Assembly (NCBI RefSeq): GCF_009914755.1
Contig: NC_060939.1
Direction: 5' to 3' (one strand)
DNA length: 64,000 nt
DNA from: the human T2T-CHM13v2.0 reference genome, Homo sapiens
Positions 1 through 19,636 of this stretch are shown in pieces. The stretch's first letter is position 1; each line of letters starts with the position of its first letter. Under the pieces are notes generated by a model. The model did no database searches. It saw nothing but the letters and a program-made list of their open reading frames with translations, and had not been told where the DNA came from. The position numbers and the translations under genes are program-made.

Positions 1-830
1 ACCTTAGAGAGATACAATTTTTATTTATAAATTATACCTCAATAAAACTAGAAAAATAAATAAAGATAGTTTGGAAGCATGTAAATGTTCAGAAAATGAA
101 GATATGAGATAGAAGAAAGAGTCTGAAATATAATAGTTAAGACTAAATAAATATTCTAAATAGTTAAGACTAAATAAATACAAATATAAAATTTATCAAT
201 TTTAAAATGTAATAGTCTAATTCCAGATGATTGTATTAAGAGAGTTAGCTGTGGTGGAGTTGGGGAAGCAAAAAGGAGGGAAATGGACGTATATAACATT
301 TATGTCTTCGGGGGAAGCTATATACATTTGTTCTATTTAGACTTTAATAGAAAAACGTAAGTGTAAAAGTATGGTTCAGGATGTAAGAATAACCATTATA
401 AAAAAATAGAGAAAATATGATTGCCAACCAACAAGAAGGAAGAAATAAAATAATGAATTCAATCAATCCCCTAAAAAAATAGCAAAGGAAAAAAACCAAA
501 AAAGTACAAATAGAAAACAAAATAATTATCAGGATAAATATATATATATAATTATCCAATATAAATATGACTACCATATACTCATTAAAAGAAACTGTAC
601 ACAGAAAAATAGCATATTACGTAAAAAGCTTGAAAAACTGTATCAGAGGAATTTCACATTGATAAAATATACACTCTACCAAGGACAATCTAAAAATATA
701 GTGTTGAATTATATAAAGGGAAAAAATTGAGATTCAAGAAGACATATGGCAAATCCACAGTTCTGTGGGATGTATACCTCATTAGCAATCAAGAAATGAA
801 ATAGATCAAAAGTTGGTAAGCATCAGAGGG
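1..830 (+). mobile_element. Highly diverged old L1 (L1M/L1ME-type) fragment, inter-ORF to ORF2 endonuclease region
   Basis: A-rich sequence; 740-825 (GGCAAATCCACAGTTCTGTGGGA...AAGTTGGTAAG) resembles the L1 ORF2 endonuclease region. Boundaries approximate. Confidence 0.5.
132..180. repeat. 22-bp direct repeat (AATAGTTAAGACTAAATAAATA x2, period 27)
   Basis: Identical copies at 132-153 and 159-180. Confidence 0.9.
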
Positions 831-1204
831 TGAAGGTTTTCTTCCTTCCCATTCTCCTTTTTGCTTATCTTCTTGCCCCTTTCCAAATTTTTGGATGAAA
901 TCCTTGATTAGATATAAAGATAGAGCTACAGATAGAGATGTACACAGAGAGAGAATATATAGACTATATTAGCATAATTATGCATTAAAATTATGTTGTA
1001 AGAACTAGTTAATATTATAAAAAGAAATATTTCTTTACATTGCAGATATTTCATTCTAAAGCATGTACTTAATAGAATTTTAAGATACAATAACCCCTCT
1101 GTACTCCCCAGATGGTGCTTAGATTTTGGGGACAGGAATAAAAGAATATCTAGGGGGTTATGAACAAAGAAAGAGGAAGCGGGATCTAAAAGAAAAGAAC
1201 TCCC

Positions 1205-1940
<736 letters not shown>

Positions 1941-2010
1941 TATTTTTTTTTTTTTTTTTTTTTTTTTGCTATTTAATAAAGCTTAACTTGTTGGTTGCAG
2001 GGGGGTGTTG

Positions 2011-7310
<5,300 letters not shown>

Positions 7311-7329
7311 AGAAAAGGACATCACAAGA

Positions 7330-8325
7330 AAATGACCACCTATTGGTCAGTTTCACTTGACAGATGTAAAATTCCTAAATTACATGTTAATGAGTTGAAT
7401 TTAACTAATTGTAGTAAAAAGAATACATGATAGCCCAGAATAGTTTATCTTTTGAAATACAAGATTGGCTAAGTATTTAAAAATCTTGTGATGCATTTGA
7501 ATAGGTTACTGTTTAAAGGCAAAAAAAAAATAATCATATTAATAGATGGTGAAAAAACTTGATAGAATTGAACATCTATTTATGACAAAAAGCTCTTATC
7601 AAGGTAGACTTAAAAAGAATTTGCCTTTAAATGTTAGAATATTATGCAGAAATTATGCAGAAACTCACGGCAAGTAGTACACTTAATTGTGAATTAAAAG
7701 CCTTCTCATTAAAGTCAGATTTTAGTGCAAGGAATTCTGCTATTACCAGTACTCTTCAGTATTATTCTTGCAATTGCAGCCAAAAGGATCTGATAATAAT
7801 ATAAATAATAGATATAGAAAAAGAAGAGAAAACAAGCATCTTTGGTAAATGATGTGAATAGCTAAGAGAATTAACTGAACAACTACTACAACTAGAAGGA
7901 CCAGAATCAGTACATTGGATTAATAAAATATCTGCATATAAAAACTCAATAGTTCTCTTTAGAACAATAACCAATTAGAAAATGTAATCAAAAATTTTTA
8001 AAAACCTAATTCACTGAATAAAACAACAACCAATACAATAAACCTCACATGAACCTAGCAAGAAATGGTCAAGTCCCACATAATGGTAAGTATAAAACTT
8101 TATAAAATAACTTAAAAGAAGACCCTACTAAATGGAAAGAAGTGCCATGATTCTGGATGAGAACATCTAATTTTATAAATATTTCAGTTCCCCCCTCCCC
8201 AAATAAATCCAATGCTTTTGCAATTAGAATTCCAACAGAATGTTTTAGAGAATTTCTTAAATTGTTTCTAAGATTTACTTACAGAGAAATGTTCAAAAAT
8301 AGCCAAGAAAATTTTGAAAAAGAAT
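7330..8325 (+). mobile_element. Old L1ME-type ORF2 (RT region) fragment
   Basis: Degenerate L1 ORF2 motifs (GAAAAAACTTGATAGAATTGAACATCTATTTATGACAAAA; AAATGGAAAGAAGTGCCATGATTCTGGAT; AATAGCCAAGAAAATTTTGAAAAAGAA). Confidence 0.75.
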
Positions 8326-8569
8326 ACATTCATTCAAAAAGTGTCTATTCCATGCTCCCTATTTTCCAGACATTGTTCTGAGTGATGGAGATACGGCTGA
8401 AATAAAAATTATAATCTAATTTTAGGTCAAAATATGGCAAAATCAATTATATAGTAGCCAATGATAGAAAATACTATCTTTTCTACTAGTTTTGAAGAGC
8501 TTTTTTATATTAACTATCAGTTTAAAAAAGTAGATGGAAGTAATGAAAACCAAATTCAGATAAGAATAC

Positions 8570-8800
8570 ATTTAATATGTACTAGGCATTTAATGTATAT
8601 TGAGGATGTCAAGTACCAAGCTATGTACAATAATGCTTTTTTTGTAAATCCTTACATCAGTTCTGTAAAATAAATGCTAATATCATCATCATTTACATTT
8701 GATGAAACTGAGCTTTAGACATGAAACTTACCTTTTCCCAAACCAGTGATTAAGTCTGGATTTGAACTAAAATTCATCTATCTTTAGAGCTCAGGAACTT
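8570..8800 (-). mobile_element. MIR SINE
   Basis: Reverse MIR core CATTTACATTTGATGAAACTGAG and GGATTTGAAC. Confidence 0.65.
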
Positions 8801-9039
8801 TATCAGTATGTTCTATGAAGATTAATGATGACACAACATAGCAATAGTTTTATATGTTCAATCTAAATACTAATTAAATAAATGGCTACTTAACAGCAAT
8901 AATCAACTATTAAGTTGAGCATGATTAAAAAATATCCAAACTTGATTAGGGCACAATGTGGACATACAAAATTTTACAACCTTTCAGGAAAGCCTTCTAG
9001 TAAAGGGATTTAAGAGTCTTTGAAATCTTTAAAACTTTT

Positions 9040-10176
9040 TAAGATAATTTTTTGTACATATTTAAAGTATACAACATGAAGTTATGGGATACATATAGAT
9101 AGTAAAAAGGTTACTATAGTGAAACAAATTAACATCCATTGTCTCACATAGTTACCCATTTTTTTTAGTAGCAAGAATTGCCAAAAACCTACTCATTTTG
9201 CATGAATCCCATCCACATATCTTTATTATCTATAGTTATCAAGTTGTACATTAGATGTCTCGGCTTGTTCATCCTACTATCTGTTGCTTTGTATTTTCTG
9301 ACCTACATATCCTCATCTCCCTACCTCCCACCGTCATGCCTCTGTTAACCACTGTTTTGTTCTCCATCTCTGTATATGATTTATTATTATTAGATTTCAT
9401 GTGTAAGTGACATCATGCAATATGTTTTTCTATGTACGGCTTATTTCACTCAGCAAAATATCCTCCAGGCTCATTCACTTTGTGGGAAATGGAAAAAAAT
9501 TTGTTCTTTTTTAAAGCTGAATAATATTCCATTGTGTATATGCACCACAGTTTCTTTATTCATTAATTTGTCTATGGACACTTAGGTCATTTCCATATCT
9601 TAGCTGTTGTGAATAATGCTGCAATGAACATGGAGTGCAGGTATCTTTACAGGGTGGTGATTTTATTTCCTCTGGATATATGCCCAGAAGAGGGATTGCT
9701 AGGTCATAATTCTAGTTTTAGTTTCTTTTTAATTTCTTTAGAAACAGTATGGAAATACTGTTTTCATAATGACTGTACCAATTTACAGTTCCATCAACAA
9801 TGTACAAGAGTTCCCTCTTCTCCACATCCCTGCTAACATTTGTTATCTTTTGACTTTTTGATAATAGCCATCCTAACAGGTGTAAGTTGGTATCTCACAG
9901 TGGTTTTGATTTGCATTTCACTGATGATCAATGACGTTGAGCATCTCTTCATACACCTGTTGGCCATTTTTACATCTTCTTTGGAGAAATGTCTACTTAG
10001 ACCTTTTGCCATTTTTTTAGTTCGATTATTTGCTTTTCCACTATAGAATTGTATAGGTTCTTTATAAATATTGGATATTAATTCCTTACTAGATGCATGA
10101 TTTGCAAATATTTCCTGCTACCATATATCCTGCTGTTTCATCTTGTTGATTATTTCCTTTGCTGTTCAGAAGCTTT
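9040..10176 (-). mobile_element. L1MA (MA7-10 type) 3' end
   Basis: AAGTATACAACATG...CTCACATAGTTACC 3'UTR and ORF2 3' end (ATAATAGCCATCCTAACAGGTGT, GAGAAATGTCTA) on the minus strand. Confidence 0.85.
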
Positions 10177-10179
10177 AAA

Positions 10180-10430
10180 CAGTGTTTCCACTTCTAGGAA
10201 TTTCACTTGAAGAAATAATCAGAAATGCCGACATAATTTTCATAGAAAGATGTTCAGCTGAATGTCATTTATAACAGCAAAATTTTGAACTCATCTAAAT
10301 AATAAAATAATGGCATCTTCATAAGATAAATGACTGTAGATAGTATTAAAAATCAAAATTAAGAGTATATGATAACATGGGACATGATAATTATGCAATA
10401 TTAAGTAATAAAGATAGGATAAAAAACAAC
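10180..10430 (+). mobile_element. L1ME 3'-region fragment (continues from ~8960-9030, split by the L1MA)
   Basis: CCACTTCTAGGAATTT...GAAATAATCAGAAATG...TTTATAACAGCAAAA. Confidence 0.55.
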
Positions 10431-11984
10431 ACAAAAATTATAAGCCCAATACCAAATTTTGTATAAAAATACATTGATATAAAGTACTGTATATAGGAAA
10501 TACTTATTTAAATTAAAAGACATATTTACAAATCAAAATTTAAATAATAGTTATTTACACATTTAAGAAAAATAAAATAGTAATAGAGTTTATGAAACCA
10601 GTGAAATAATTTTAAAGGGGAAGGTGTTAGTTTTCTTTCTGAAACTTTACTATATTTCCTTATTCTACAAATGAAAATAGATTGCATGGCTCACACAAAT
10701 ACATAAATATAGCAAAATAAAAAATAAAACTAGATAAGAATAATACCATTGTGTTTTGCACAGAATCCACTTAAAACCTCTAAGTATACTAAAACAGTGT
10801 TAGTAAGTCTTCATCTGCTTTTCCTAATAGAGAGAAAATGCTAATTAATTTATAGATAATATTTAAAGTTTATTTTATGCACCATGTCAGCAGATGCCGT
10901 TAAAAGAGAAAAGTGTGCTTTATAGTCCTATGGAAGGTAATAAATGTCAAACACATGTAGATACAGTTATAACTTTATGAACACTCAGGGTAATGCACAC
11001 AAGGAAAACCTTACGCAAACACCAAATAAAAAGACATGCTTTCTAAGCACAGTCAGGGGACTGTTTTTTAGCTCTATGTGTAATGTAGGTGAGATAGAGG
11101 GTTAAGGGCTGCAGTGCAGTGTTCTGCAATAAACCCCCTGCAAGCGAGGGTTTTGATGGGGTGCTAATTGAGTAGCAGGTGAACATAAATAGAAAACACC
11201 AAGGGTGTGTAGGGGGGAGTCTTTTTGTTGATGAGAGAACATAAAAATGCTGAGCTCTGTAATAAGAAATAAATACAATCTGGGGCTTATTTCTCCAACC
11301 TCATTCTACCCTCCATAGTATGGGCCTCTCTAGATAAAAATGTTTGCTAGGGATTAACATGGCTTTTAAAATGTTTGGGTGAAAACGGAATAAATCAGGT
11401 AGGTTCCCGAAGCATATAAAAGCTTAAGGGTTTGTGTGTAGTGTTCTGCCTTTGTTCATTAATTTGTGGTTAGATGCAATGTTTTGTATGGTTGTTGCTG
11501 ATTTCTGACATGATTGGCTCAGAATGTCTCAAGACGTTAACAATGGCTGAATCATGAAGCATCTAAAGTAAAATTTCATCAAGATTTTATCAGAATGTGG
11601 ATACCAAAAACATATAAAACAGAGTGAATAGAAACGTGAAGACTGACTCAAGCTTTCTGAAGTTCAAGATTCTTTTTTAAAAAAAGTAAATACTGCTTTT
11701 TGTTTAGCTCACCTAGACAGGTTTTAAAAATTTGTAGGTTCTAATGTTGATATTTCACCTTTTCCAGGAAATCATATAATACAAATACATAGAACCATCA
11801 TATTGAAGATTTACCTTTCTCTGAGAAGCATTTTCAGGTGTATGTAAAGTGCTATATTCACTGACAGTGTTGTATATTTGAACAAAAATGAGGTCCCTGC
11901 ACAGCATCGTTAATTCTAATAAAAGTATTATACACATCCAAGATGTAAGACATTTTAATACTATTACGTTTTTAATAACGATAG

Positions 11985-12195
11985 ATAATGACACATTTCT
12001 TGTGCACCAGCAACTGTGCTAACCACTTTTTACATACTATTTCATTTGATCCTCACAACAATCTTAGGAAGTAAGCACTCTTAATTAAATTTCTAAGTGA
12101 GGATACCAATGTGTAGAAAGATTAAGTATCCTTTCCATAGTCACATAACAAATTAGTTGTGAAGCCAGATGTTGAACCTAAGTAAACTGATTCCC
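11985..12195 (-). mobile_element. MIR SINE
   Basis: CTGTGCTAA...TCATTTGATCCTCACAACAATC...GTCACATAAC...TTGAACCTAAG. Confidence 0.8.
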
Positions 12196-12365
12196 TACTG
12201 AACACAAATCCTAAACTGCTCTTTTATACACCCTCCTTACATTCGCTCTTCCAATTCCTGAAGAATATTCACTAAATGAATGCTTCGCTGTAATAAAGAC
12301 TCTTGCTATTTTCAGAGAGTTAAGGTAGACTAACAAAAAGTTTACTTCCTCACATGGTCTAGAGC

Positions 12366-12526
12366 AGTGATGTTAAATTTTAATGTTCAAATAAATCACC
12401 TGGAGATCTTTTTTAAATGTAGATATTGATTCAGTAGGTCTGAGGTGGGACCTGAGAGTCTGCATTTTCAACAAGCTTCCTGGAGATGTCCTTGCTGCTG
12501 CCTCAGACCATACTTTAAGTAGCAGG
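12366..12526. mobile_element. MER5A/MER5A1 hAT-Charlie DNA transposon
   Basis: AATCACCTGGAG...GATTCAGTAGGTCTGAGGTGGGACCTGAGAGTCTGCATTTT...AGACCATACTTT. Confidence 0.8.
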
Positions 12527-12529
12527 TCT

Positions 12530-12908
<379 letters not shown>

Positions 12909-13128
12909 TTAATTACCTAGTTTCTGTGATGTCACAATCTAGTTTGGAATACCCTTATCAACTTCCTGACTCTTTCTTCTTCTATCCTATTTTCCCCTTG
13001 TCTCAAAGAAGAAAACTGGAATGCTAATATAAATATAAATATTGCCACCAAATTCCGAAAGGGAGATAACCAGCTCAGGCATGTGTTAAGGAAAAATAAT
13101 CCTGTGTCTTCTTTGTATTACTTTGTAG

Positions 13129-13290
13129 ATTACAGACTATTTTATAAAAGTTTGAAATAAGTCATACACAGAACGCTTTCTATCACTAAGCTCACCGGGT
13201 AAAAATCAGAAAAACAAACATCTCCAAAATTACCATTTTCAGAAGTATCAGAACAACCCTACAAGAATAAGAGATGCAAGAAGTAGAATG
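13129..13290 (+). other. Candidate non-coding exon (162 nt)
   Basis: Pyrimidine-rich acceptor CCTGTGTCTTCTTTGTATTACTTTGTAG| and donor ATG|GTGAGT in non-repeat DNA; stops in all three frames. Confidence 0.3.
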
Positions 13291-13389
13291 GTGAGTATTT
13301 TAGGAACCAAGATATTGCCCAGAAGTTTAAGACTCATTTTAGGTTTATCCTGCACATCCAAACTTGTCCTTTCATATCCAACAATTTAC

Positions 13390-13800
13390 CACACCCTATA
13401 GATTTAACATAACAAACAGCAATTCTTTTTCATCCACCACTGCTTTGGTTTAGTCCCCATCCCTTCTCACTTTACCAGTTTCCTAACATGGGCAGGAGAG
13501 AGGATTCCTGTTTAGCCCCAGGACTACTTCAAGGCCATTCTCTACACTGCTGCCAAGGAAACTTTTCCAAATGATTAATCTAATGTCACTTTGCTTTGCC
13601 TCCTTTCAACAGCTCCCTATAGTGTTAAAGTTCAGGCTTCCCAGGTTAGCACAGATAGCTCATTGTGGTCACACCCCCTCTGTCTCAGTAATTCATTCCT
13701 TCCATTACCTCACACAAACCTTTTACTGGTACTGAACCAGAATACAGCTCTACTATTGCATCACGGTGTTTTACACCTTCCTGCCTTCTCATGTTCTATT
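13390..13800 (+). mobile_element. L2 LINE fragment (resumes at ~17570-17765 and ~18190-18230)
   Basis: CCATTCTCTACACTGCTGCCAAG...AATCTAATGTCACT...ACAGCTCCCTAT, typical of the L2 3' region. Confidence 0.65.
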
Positions 13801-15207
13801 TTTATTCAGAAACTCTCCCCTTTCCCTTCTTTGCTCTCCTTCCTAGACCTCCCTCCTACACACCCAGCCAACTTGCCAAGAATCAGTTCAAGAAGTGTTC
13901 TGGAATACCTGAAAGCTCCCTGAATCCTCCTATTAAGATACTCAGAGGAACTACAGTAGGAAAAACAAGACCTCATAGACTACATCTGCAACAAGTCTAG
14001 ATCACAAATGTAACTCTAAAATATAATTTGGTGGGGCTAAGTTAGGAAAAACTACAAGACCTATATGGTATCAAAACAGTATGGCTGAAATCAGAGGAAA
14101 GACAAAGGGACTGCTGATGACCCTGAGAGCTGGAAACTCCCAACTATCAGGCACCCCTAGAAAGCACAGTGGGCTTTTCTGAGAACAACAGGAGACAATG
14201 GGAGAGGATTTTGAAAGTTCCACTTTGAGAGTAATGAGGGCAAATACAAGTGGCCTAAAGAATGATCTGATGGTCCCAGAGAGTTTTGGGGTCTGGGGTC
14301 TATAAACTCTCAAAAGTGACAGACAAATCAACCCTTACATTACAGAGCTTAGCCCTAAGGAGAAACTGCTGGTATTCTAAGCCACAGAGAGCAGAACAGG
14401 GACTATAAGAGTAAGGAAAAACAAGGTGAAGATAAAACTGAGAAGAGTAGCAGAGGAGGAGGATCTAAGAGGTAGCTATTTTGATCTATCTTCTCTTCTA
14501 AAAGTACATAAAAAGTCATTTTACTTAACAATGAAGAGCAGCAAAAGAATGCCACAGGATCTTACATAAAATTAGTATAAAAAATAAAATAGTGAAAAAA
14601 AATCTCTCAAATAAGGAAAGCACACCAGAAAATTATGCCCACAAAACAGATGAAGAACCTAATGTTTCAAAATGAGCTAAAAATAAGAGAATTCTAGAAT
14701 CTATAAAGAACAACATATATCAGAATCTAATATATCAGAATTTAAAAACTCAGAAGTGAGATGATTAAGAAAAGGATTTAAAAAGAGAGGTAAAAGAATT
14801 CAGGAAAGAATTAGAAATAAAAGAAAAAATAACTACCTCTAAAGTTAGGAAAAAACACAAAAGTAAATAAACACAACAAAATATGCCTTAAGAGAAATAG
14901 GATATGGAAAAGAGGAAGTTTTATAGATAATAGAATTTTGAAAGACTACTAAAAAGCATTTGAGAGTAAGTGATGAATACAGAAGAAAAGCAAGAGATTC
15001 AACATAAATATACTAGTAGTCTCTGAAGAGGAAAACTAAAGCAATGGACAGAATAAATATTAAAACTATAACTCAGGAAAATCTTTTACAATAATAAAAA
15101 GTCTTAAAACTAAACATTGAAAGGGTATACCATTTAGCTGGGAATTAAATCTATAATGCCAACATTAAGAAATATTCTACTAACTGACTGGAGATATATA
15201 CATGCAT

Positions 15208-15232
15208 ATGTGTGTGCGTGTGTGTGTGTGTG
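15208..15232. repeat. (TG)n microsatellite
   Basis: Directly visible. Confidence 0.85.
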
Positions 15233-15814
15233 TTTATTGAGGGGATATTATTCCCTTAAACCTTCTCTGAATAATCTATTAGAGAATGAGCTTCATACAA
15301 TGAAAATGACTTAAGAGGCTTTGACATAAGTACAAGAGGTAGCACTAAATATATTTTTTCTATAGAATCAAGGCTGATGATTATAACAATAAAATGTCTG
15401 TGTGCCCTAATAATGTAGCTATAATACAAGAATCAAATATAGATAAGTACAATAAACTCATTTATTATTTCATATGTATTCATTAGGTCTACAAGGATAT
15501 TACATCAACAAATGCTGGATTCGAGAGAAGAAAGAAAGAGAAACAGGTCACTAGTTGGTTGCATTAGTGCTCATAGTAGGAAACAATAGTCAATAGCCAG
15601 AAAGGGAGGAATGGAAATTACTATTACAAAGGATTTATTAAAATAAATATAAAAGTAATTATTAAAACAAAAAATGCAAACCTTCCTAAATGCCAGAAGA
15701 TATTTTCAAAACTTTTAAATTTACTTGTGGGGAAAGAGAAGAATTAGAGTGAAATAACCAGAAATGAAAGCTAAGCTTCGTTTATTATAACTTGCTTCAA
15801 AACTTTGATTCTGG

Positions 15815-15983
15815 GGTGGTCGTAAGGGTTCGTGCCTTGTAATCCCAGTGCTTTGTGAGGCCAAGGAGGGAGGATCACTCGAGACCAGGAGTTCAACACT
15901 GCTGTGATCTATCCTCATGCCACTGCCCTCCAGTCTAAGTGACAGAGCAAGATACTGTCTTTAATAATAAATAAATAAATAAA
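15815..15983 (+). mobile_element. Free Alu monomer (FRAM/FAM-like)
   Basis: Single ~150-nt Alu unit GTAATCCCAG...GCCACTGCCCTCCAG...GACAGAGCAAGA with a (TAAA)n tail. Confidence 0.75.
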
Positions 15984-16714
15984 ACACAATTTAATTTTGG
16001 ACCCTTGTAAATATTTTTCATAATTTCAAAGCAAGCTTAATTTATAAAATACAATCTCTAAAAATTAAAAATAAAAGTATAAAAATGACCCAACTGTATA
16101 AACAGTGCGGGCATAACTATACAGAAAGGAACTAATTCAAGTGAATTTAAAACATGGTAATTTAATTGCACATTCTGAGGACATGCCCTAAGGATTAAAA
16201 GTAGAATAAAAGAGAACAAGCAAACAAAAACACCCACTACGATCAGACTATTTTGAGAAAGCATATAGTTAGTGGACATGTTGGTAGTGTTATTCTTAGG
16301 TTGTTGTGTGATTACTATGGGATAAACAAATGAGAATTATGCTGGTGTTATTGAAAGCACGGATCTTTCAAGTGAAAGAAAGAAACACTATTGTAACACA
16401 TAATAAGGTTAAGTAGTCTTGAACTGTAGTCTTGAATTTTGATTGGAACTGTCAATACAAAGTCACGATTTGTTTTTCTTTGAAAAATATTTCCCAACTC
16501 AACCATCCACAATGTCTCAAAACAATGTACATCCCAGCTGAAATTAGTGTCTTTGGTCTTCAGAATACGGGTTCTAAACTAGACATCTTACTATGAAGAA
16601 ACAGGGATCCGTGCATAAATTGCTGATTGCAGGTCTGGGATTGGAATGCGAAATGTTTGAGATGGTCCTTAATGAATCGATAAGCTAACTGGAGCAACTC
16701 TAAAAATCTGGTCA

Positions 16715-16880
16715 CTGGGCCAGTAGAGCTCTAACATCAACTGGGCAGTTGTAAGGAATGTAAGTTCTCTGTCTTACCTCAGACCTGCTGAATCAGAAGA
16801 TTTGGGGTAGAGCCCAGCAGTTTGGGGTTTAATAAGTCTTCCAAGTGATGTTGATGAACACTGAAGTTTGAAAACCATTG
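16715..16880. mobile_element. MER5A DNA transposon
   Basis: CAGACCTGCTGAATCAGAA...GCCCAGCA...TTTAATAAG...CACTGAAGTTTGAAAACCATTG. Confidence 0.8.
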
Positions 16881-17769
16881 CTCTAGGGCAATGATTATCA
16901 ATGGCTCTTAACATCAAAAACATGAGAAGCAACCAATTATACTTTTTCTGACAAAAGTACATACTGCCAACCTATGAAGTAATCTTGCCTCCCACCAAAA
17001 CCAAAGTTGAACCTGGGTCAGATTAAGCTCTAGTTCTTACAATCAAGTTATAGAAAATAGAGATAAACATGTTATGCAATCAAGAAAATCCAGACAGAGG
17101 GAAATTCTATAGGTTAAATAATCCAGGGTTTTCCAACAAAGAAATTCTAAGGAAAAATTATACATGGAAAAAGAACCTATAGAATAGGAAAGGCCAATTA
17201 TAATAATATGTGGACCTTAGCTGATCCAAATTCAGATAAATAAACTGGAAAAACAACATTTATAATATAATTAGATAATTTTGAGCACTGAGTATTCAAT
17301 AATATTAAGGGCCTTTAATCATTGATTTTTTTGGAAGATGGTGATACTGTACCTATATTTTGGAGATACACATGTAATTATATGCTGTCCACAAAAAAAT
17401 TCAAAATAAATCTGGGGAGGAGACGGCGAAGTGGATGAGATAAATAAAATTGGCCTTGAGCTGATGGAATTAATGATTACTGAAACTGAGTAATGGTTAT
17501 GTAGAAGCTGAGAAGCCTATTACAATATTCTTTCCATTTTTAGGTATTTGAATTTTTCAGTAATAAAAGGTTTCACATCAAGCATCATCTCTTCCAAAAA
17601 AAAAGGTTCCTTAGCACCACTCCGAACTCGATTTAGATAGCCTTTGTCAGTGTTTCTGTACTGCTCTGTGTGTAACTCTACCTTGTCTATGATCAGTTCC
17701 TTGAGAATATTGGGTTTTACAACCTTTTATAATCCAGTGGCTATTGTAGTCCCTGTACACAGCATCTTT

Positions 17770-18185
17770 TTCAGTTCAGGGTCCTCAAGGGAAACAGAAG
17801 TAATACCCAAACAGGGTAACTGAAGAGGGTTCAATAAAATAATTACTCAAGGTTAAGAGAAAAAACTAGAGATGAGGCATATGGGACTGGCAACAGCAGA
17901 AAGCCCTTACCTCATCTTGCCCAATGGGAAGGGAATGGGAGACTTACCTGAAACCTAGTGGGAACTGTGGCTTTAGGAAAGGGCTCCTGAGAGGAGCGGT
18001 AGCCTTTGTTAGAGGAACAGACCTGGAGCCCTATGGGGGATGATTGCAGGGAAATACGTACTTCAAAGTCACTCCAATATTCTGCTGGTAGCTTTCATTG
18101 ATTGAATCCACGTAGAGGCCAGCAAGCCCGTTAATGCAGTCAACAGGAAGAACACGAGGGTGGAAAGTGGATCTTGATGGTGAAA
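17770..18185 (-). mobile_element. Old MLT1 (K/L-like) MaLR LTR
   Basis: CAGGGTCCTCAAGGGAAACAGA start; CATTGATTGAATCCA...GAGGCCAG...GATGCAGTC-like motifs. Confidence 0.6.
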
Positions 18186-19329
18186 AAATTCAGCACATTA
18201 ATCAATAATAATTTTTGAATAAAAGAATGATGCCTACAAGCAAATAAATCCAAAGACAAAACAATATAATGGTCCAGAAAAGTAATCAATATTGATGTCA
18301 GAGGTAGACGCAATGCCACAGAGACAAGAGGCTTCCTTAGAGATTCAGGGGGTTTCCAAATCACGACTTAAACTGTTTGGTGTGTGTGTGCACACACAGC
18401 TGTGCGGGTGCGCATGCAGAGGGGTGGGTGTGTGTGTGTAAGGAGGCACATTTGATGACACCATTCTCATGGAATCTCTTGCTCTTGCTCTTAATCCATC
18501 GGGCAAAGATTTTGAGAAAATCTTAGTTTATTTGCAGCAGATTTTAAAATAACCACAGATATTTCTATTGATCATTTAAAAGAATGATCTTTGTCTTTTC
18601 TATCAGTTTTTTTATCTCTAATAAAAAAATTATTTGAATACATACTGTATTACCTCCAGTGGTATTTTTTAAGCAGCATGCTAATATCAGAATAGCAGTG
18701 TAAATATACCTGCAATTGTCAGTTAACCTCATGCTATTATTTTTAGACTGCCTGCGGCAGTGTATCAGTACTGTCAGAAGGAAAAAATAATACAGAATAA
18801 GGCATTTTCACATTCTTTTCCACAAGCCAAGACACAAAATGGGCTCATTATCAACATGTGGTTGCCTACATTTCAATATTAATATATCTTTAGCTCTCCA
18901 ATAACTGCTGTGGAGTTGTCTAATTCAGCAAATGTAAACATGTGTTCCCCCAGGAATGATACGCTGCCAGGCAAATGAGATATTTTTTCCCCTCAAATCC
19001 TTCCTTGAAATAAACTAATCAAGTCTAAAGATTCCAGGGCACTATTCTAGAGAAAAATGTTTTTTTTTTTTTTGAAGATCACAGTGTTGCTAGTGTTTCT
19101 ACCCAGGGAGTTCAACCTGATGACCTTGCTACATACATGAGGCCTAAAATTATTCATGTCAAGAAGGAATTTTTTTTCTTGTACCAGATTCTCACAGGAC
19201 CTTTAGCTGATAATAGCTACTAATGTCCATGGAAAAAAATTAAAAATTATATGATTCTGGAGTATGTACATCTTCATACTTTCCATGATATCCGCAACCA
19301 TATCTTAAAGCATTTACCTGGTAGCAGGG

Positions 19330-19636
19330 ACATAAATTCAAACTTTGTCACCAGGGACCAGTTTCTTGGAAGGCAATTTTTCCATGGGGGGAGGCAAGAA
19401 TAGTTTGGGGATGAAACTGTTTCATCTTAAATCAGCAGGCTTTAGATTCTCATAAGGAATGCTCAACCTAGATCCCTTGCATGTGCAGTTCACAACAGGG
19501 TTTGTGCTGATCTGACAGGAGGTGGAGGCCAGGCAGTAATCCTTGCTCTCCCACCGCTCACCTCCTGCTGTGCAGCCGGGTTCCTAACAGGCCACAGACT
19601 GGCACCAGTCTGCAGCCTGGGAATTGGGAAACCCTG
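19330..19636 (+). mobile_element. MER1B hAT-Charlie DNA transposon
   Basis: CACCAGGGACCAGTTTC...TTAGATTCTCATAAGGA...GCTGATCTGACAGGAGGTGGAG...GGTTCCTAACAGGCCAC...ACCCTG. Confidence 0.9.

Larger units (their letters stand above)
13880..17570 (+). mobile_element. Old L1MC4/5-type element: 5' region, ORF1 remnant and 3' end, little ORF2
   Basis: A-rich ORF1-like stretch at 14600-15200. The 3' end has AACCTATGAAGTAATCTTGCC...GATTAAGCTCTAG...AAAATCCAGAC...GGAAATTCTATAGG and ends in TTTTCAGTAATAAAAGG. Confidence 0.65.

Noticed and set aside
11815-11897. Possible minus-strand coding exon (DLIFVQIYNTVSEYSTLHTPENASQRK) with AAG|GTAAAT donor
   Set aside because: The acceptor lacks a pyrimidine tract and I do not recognise the peptide.
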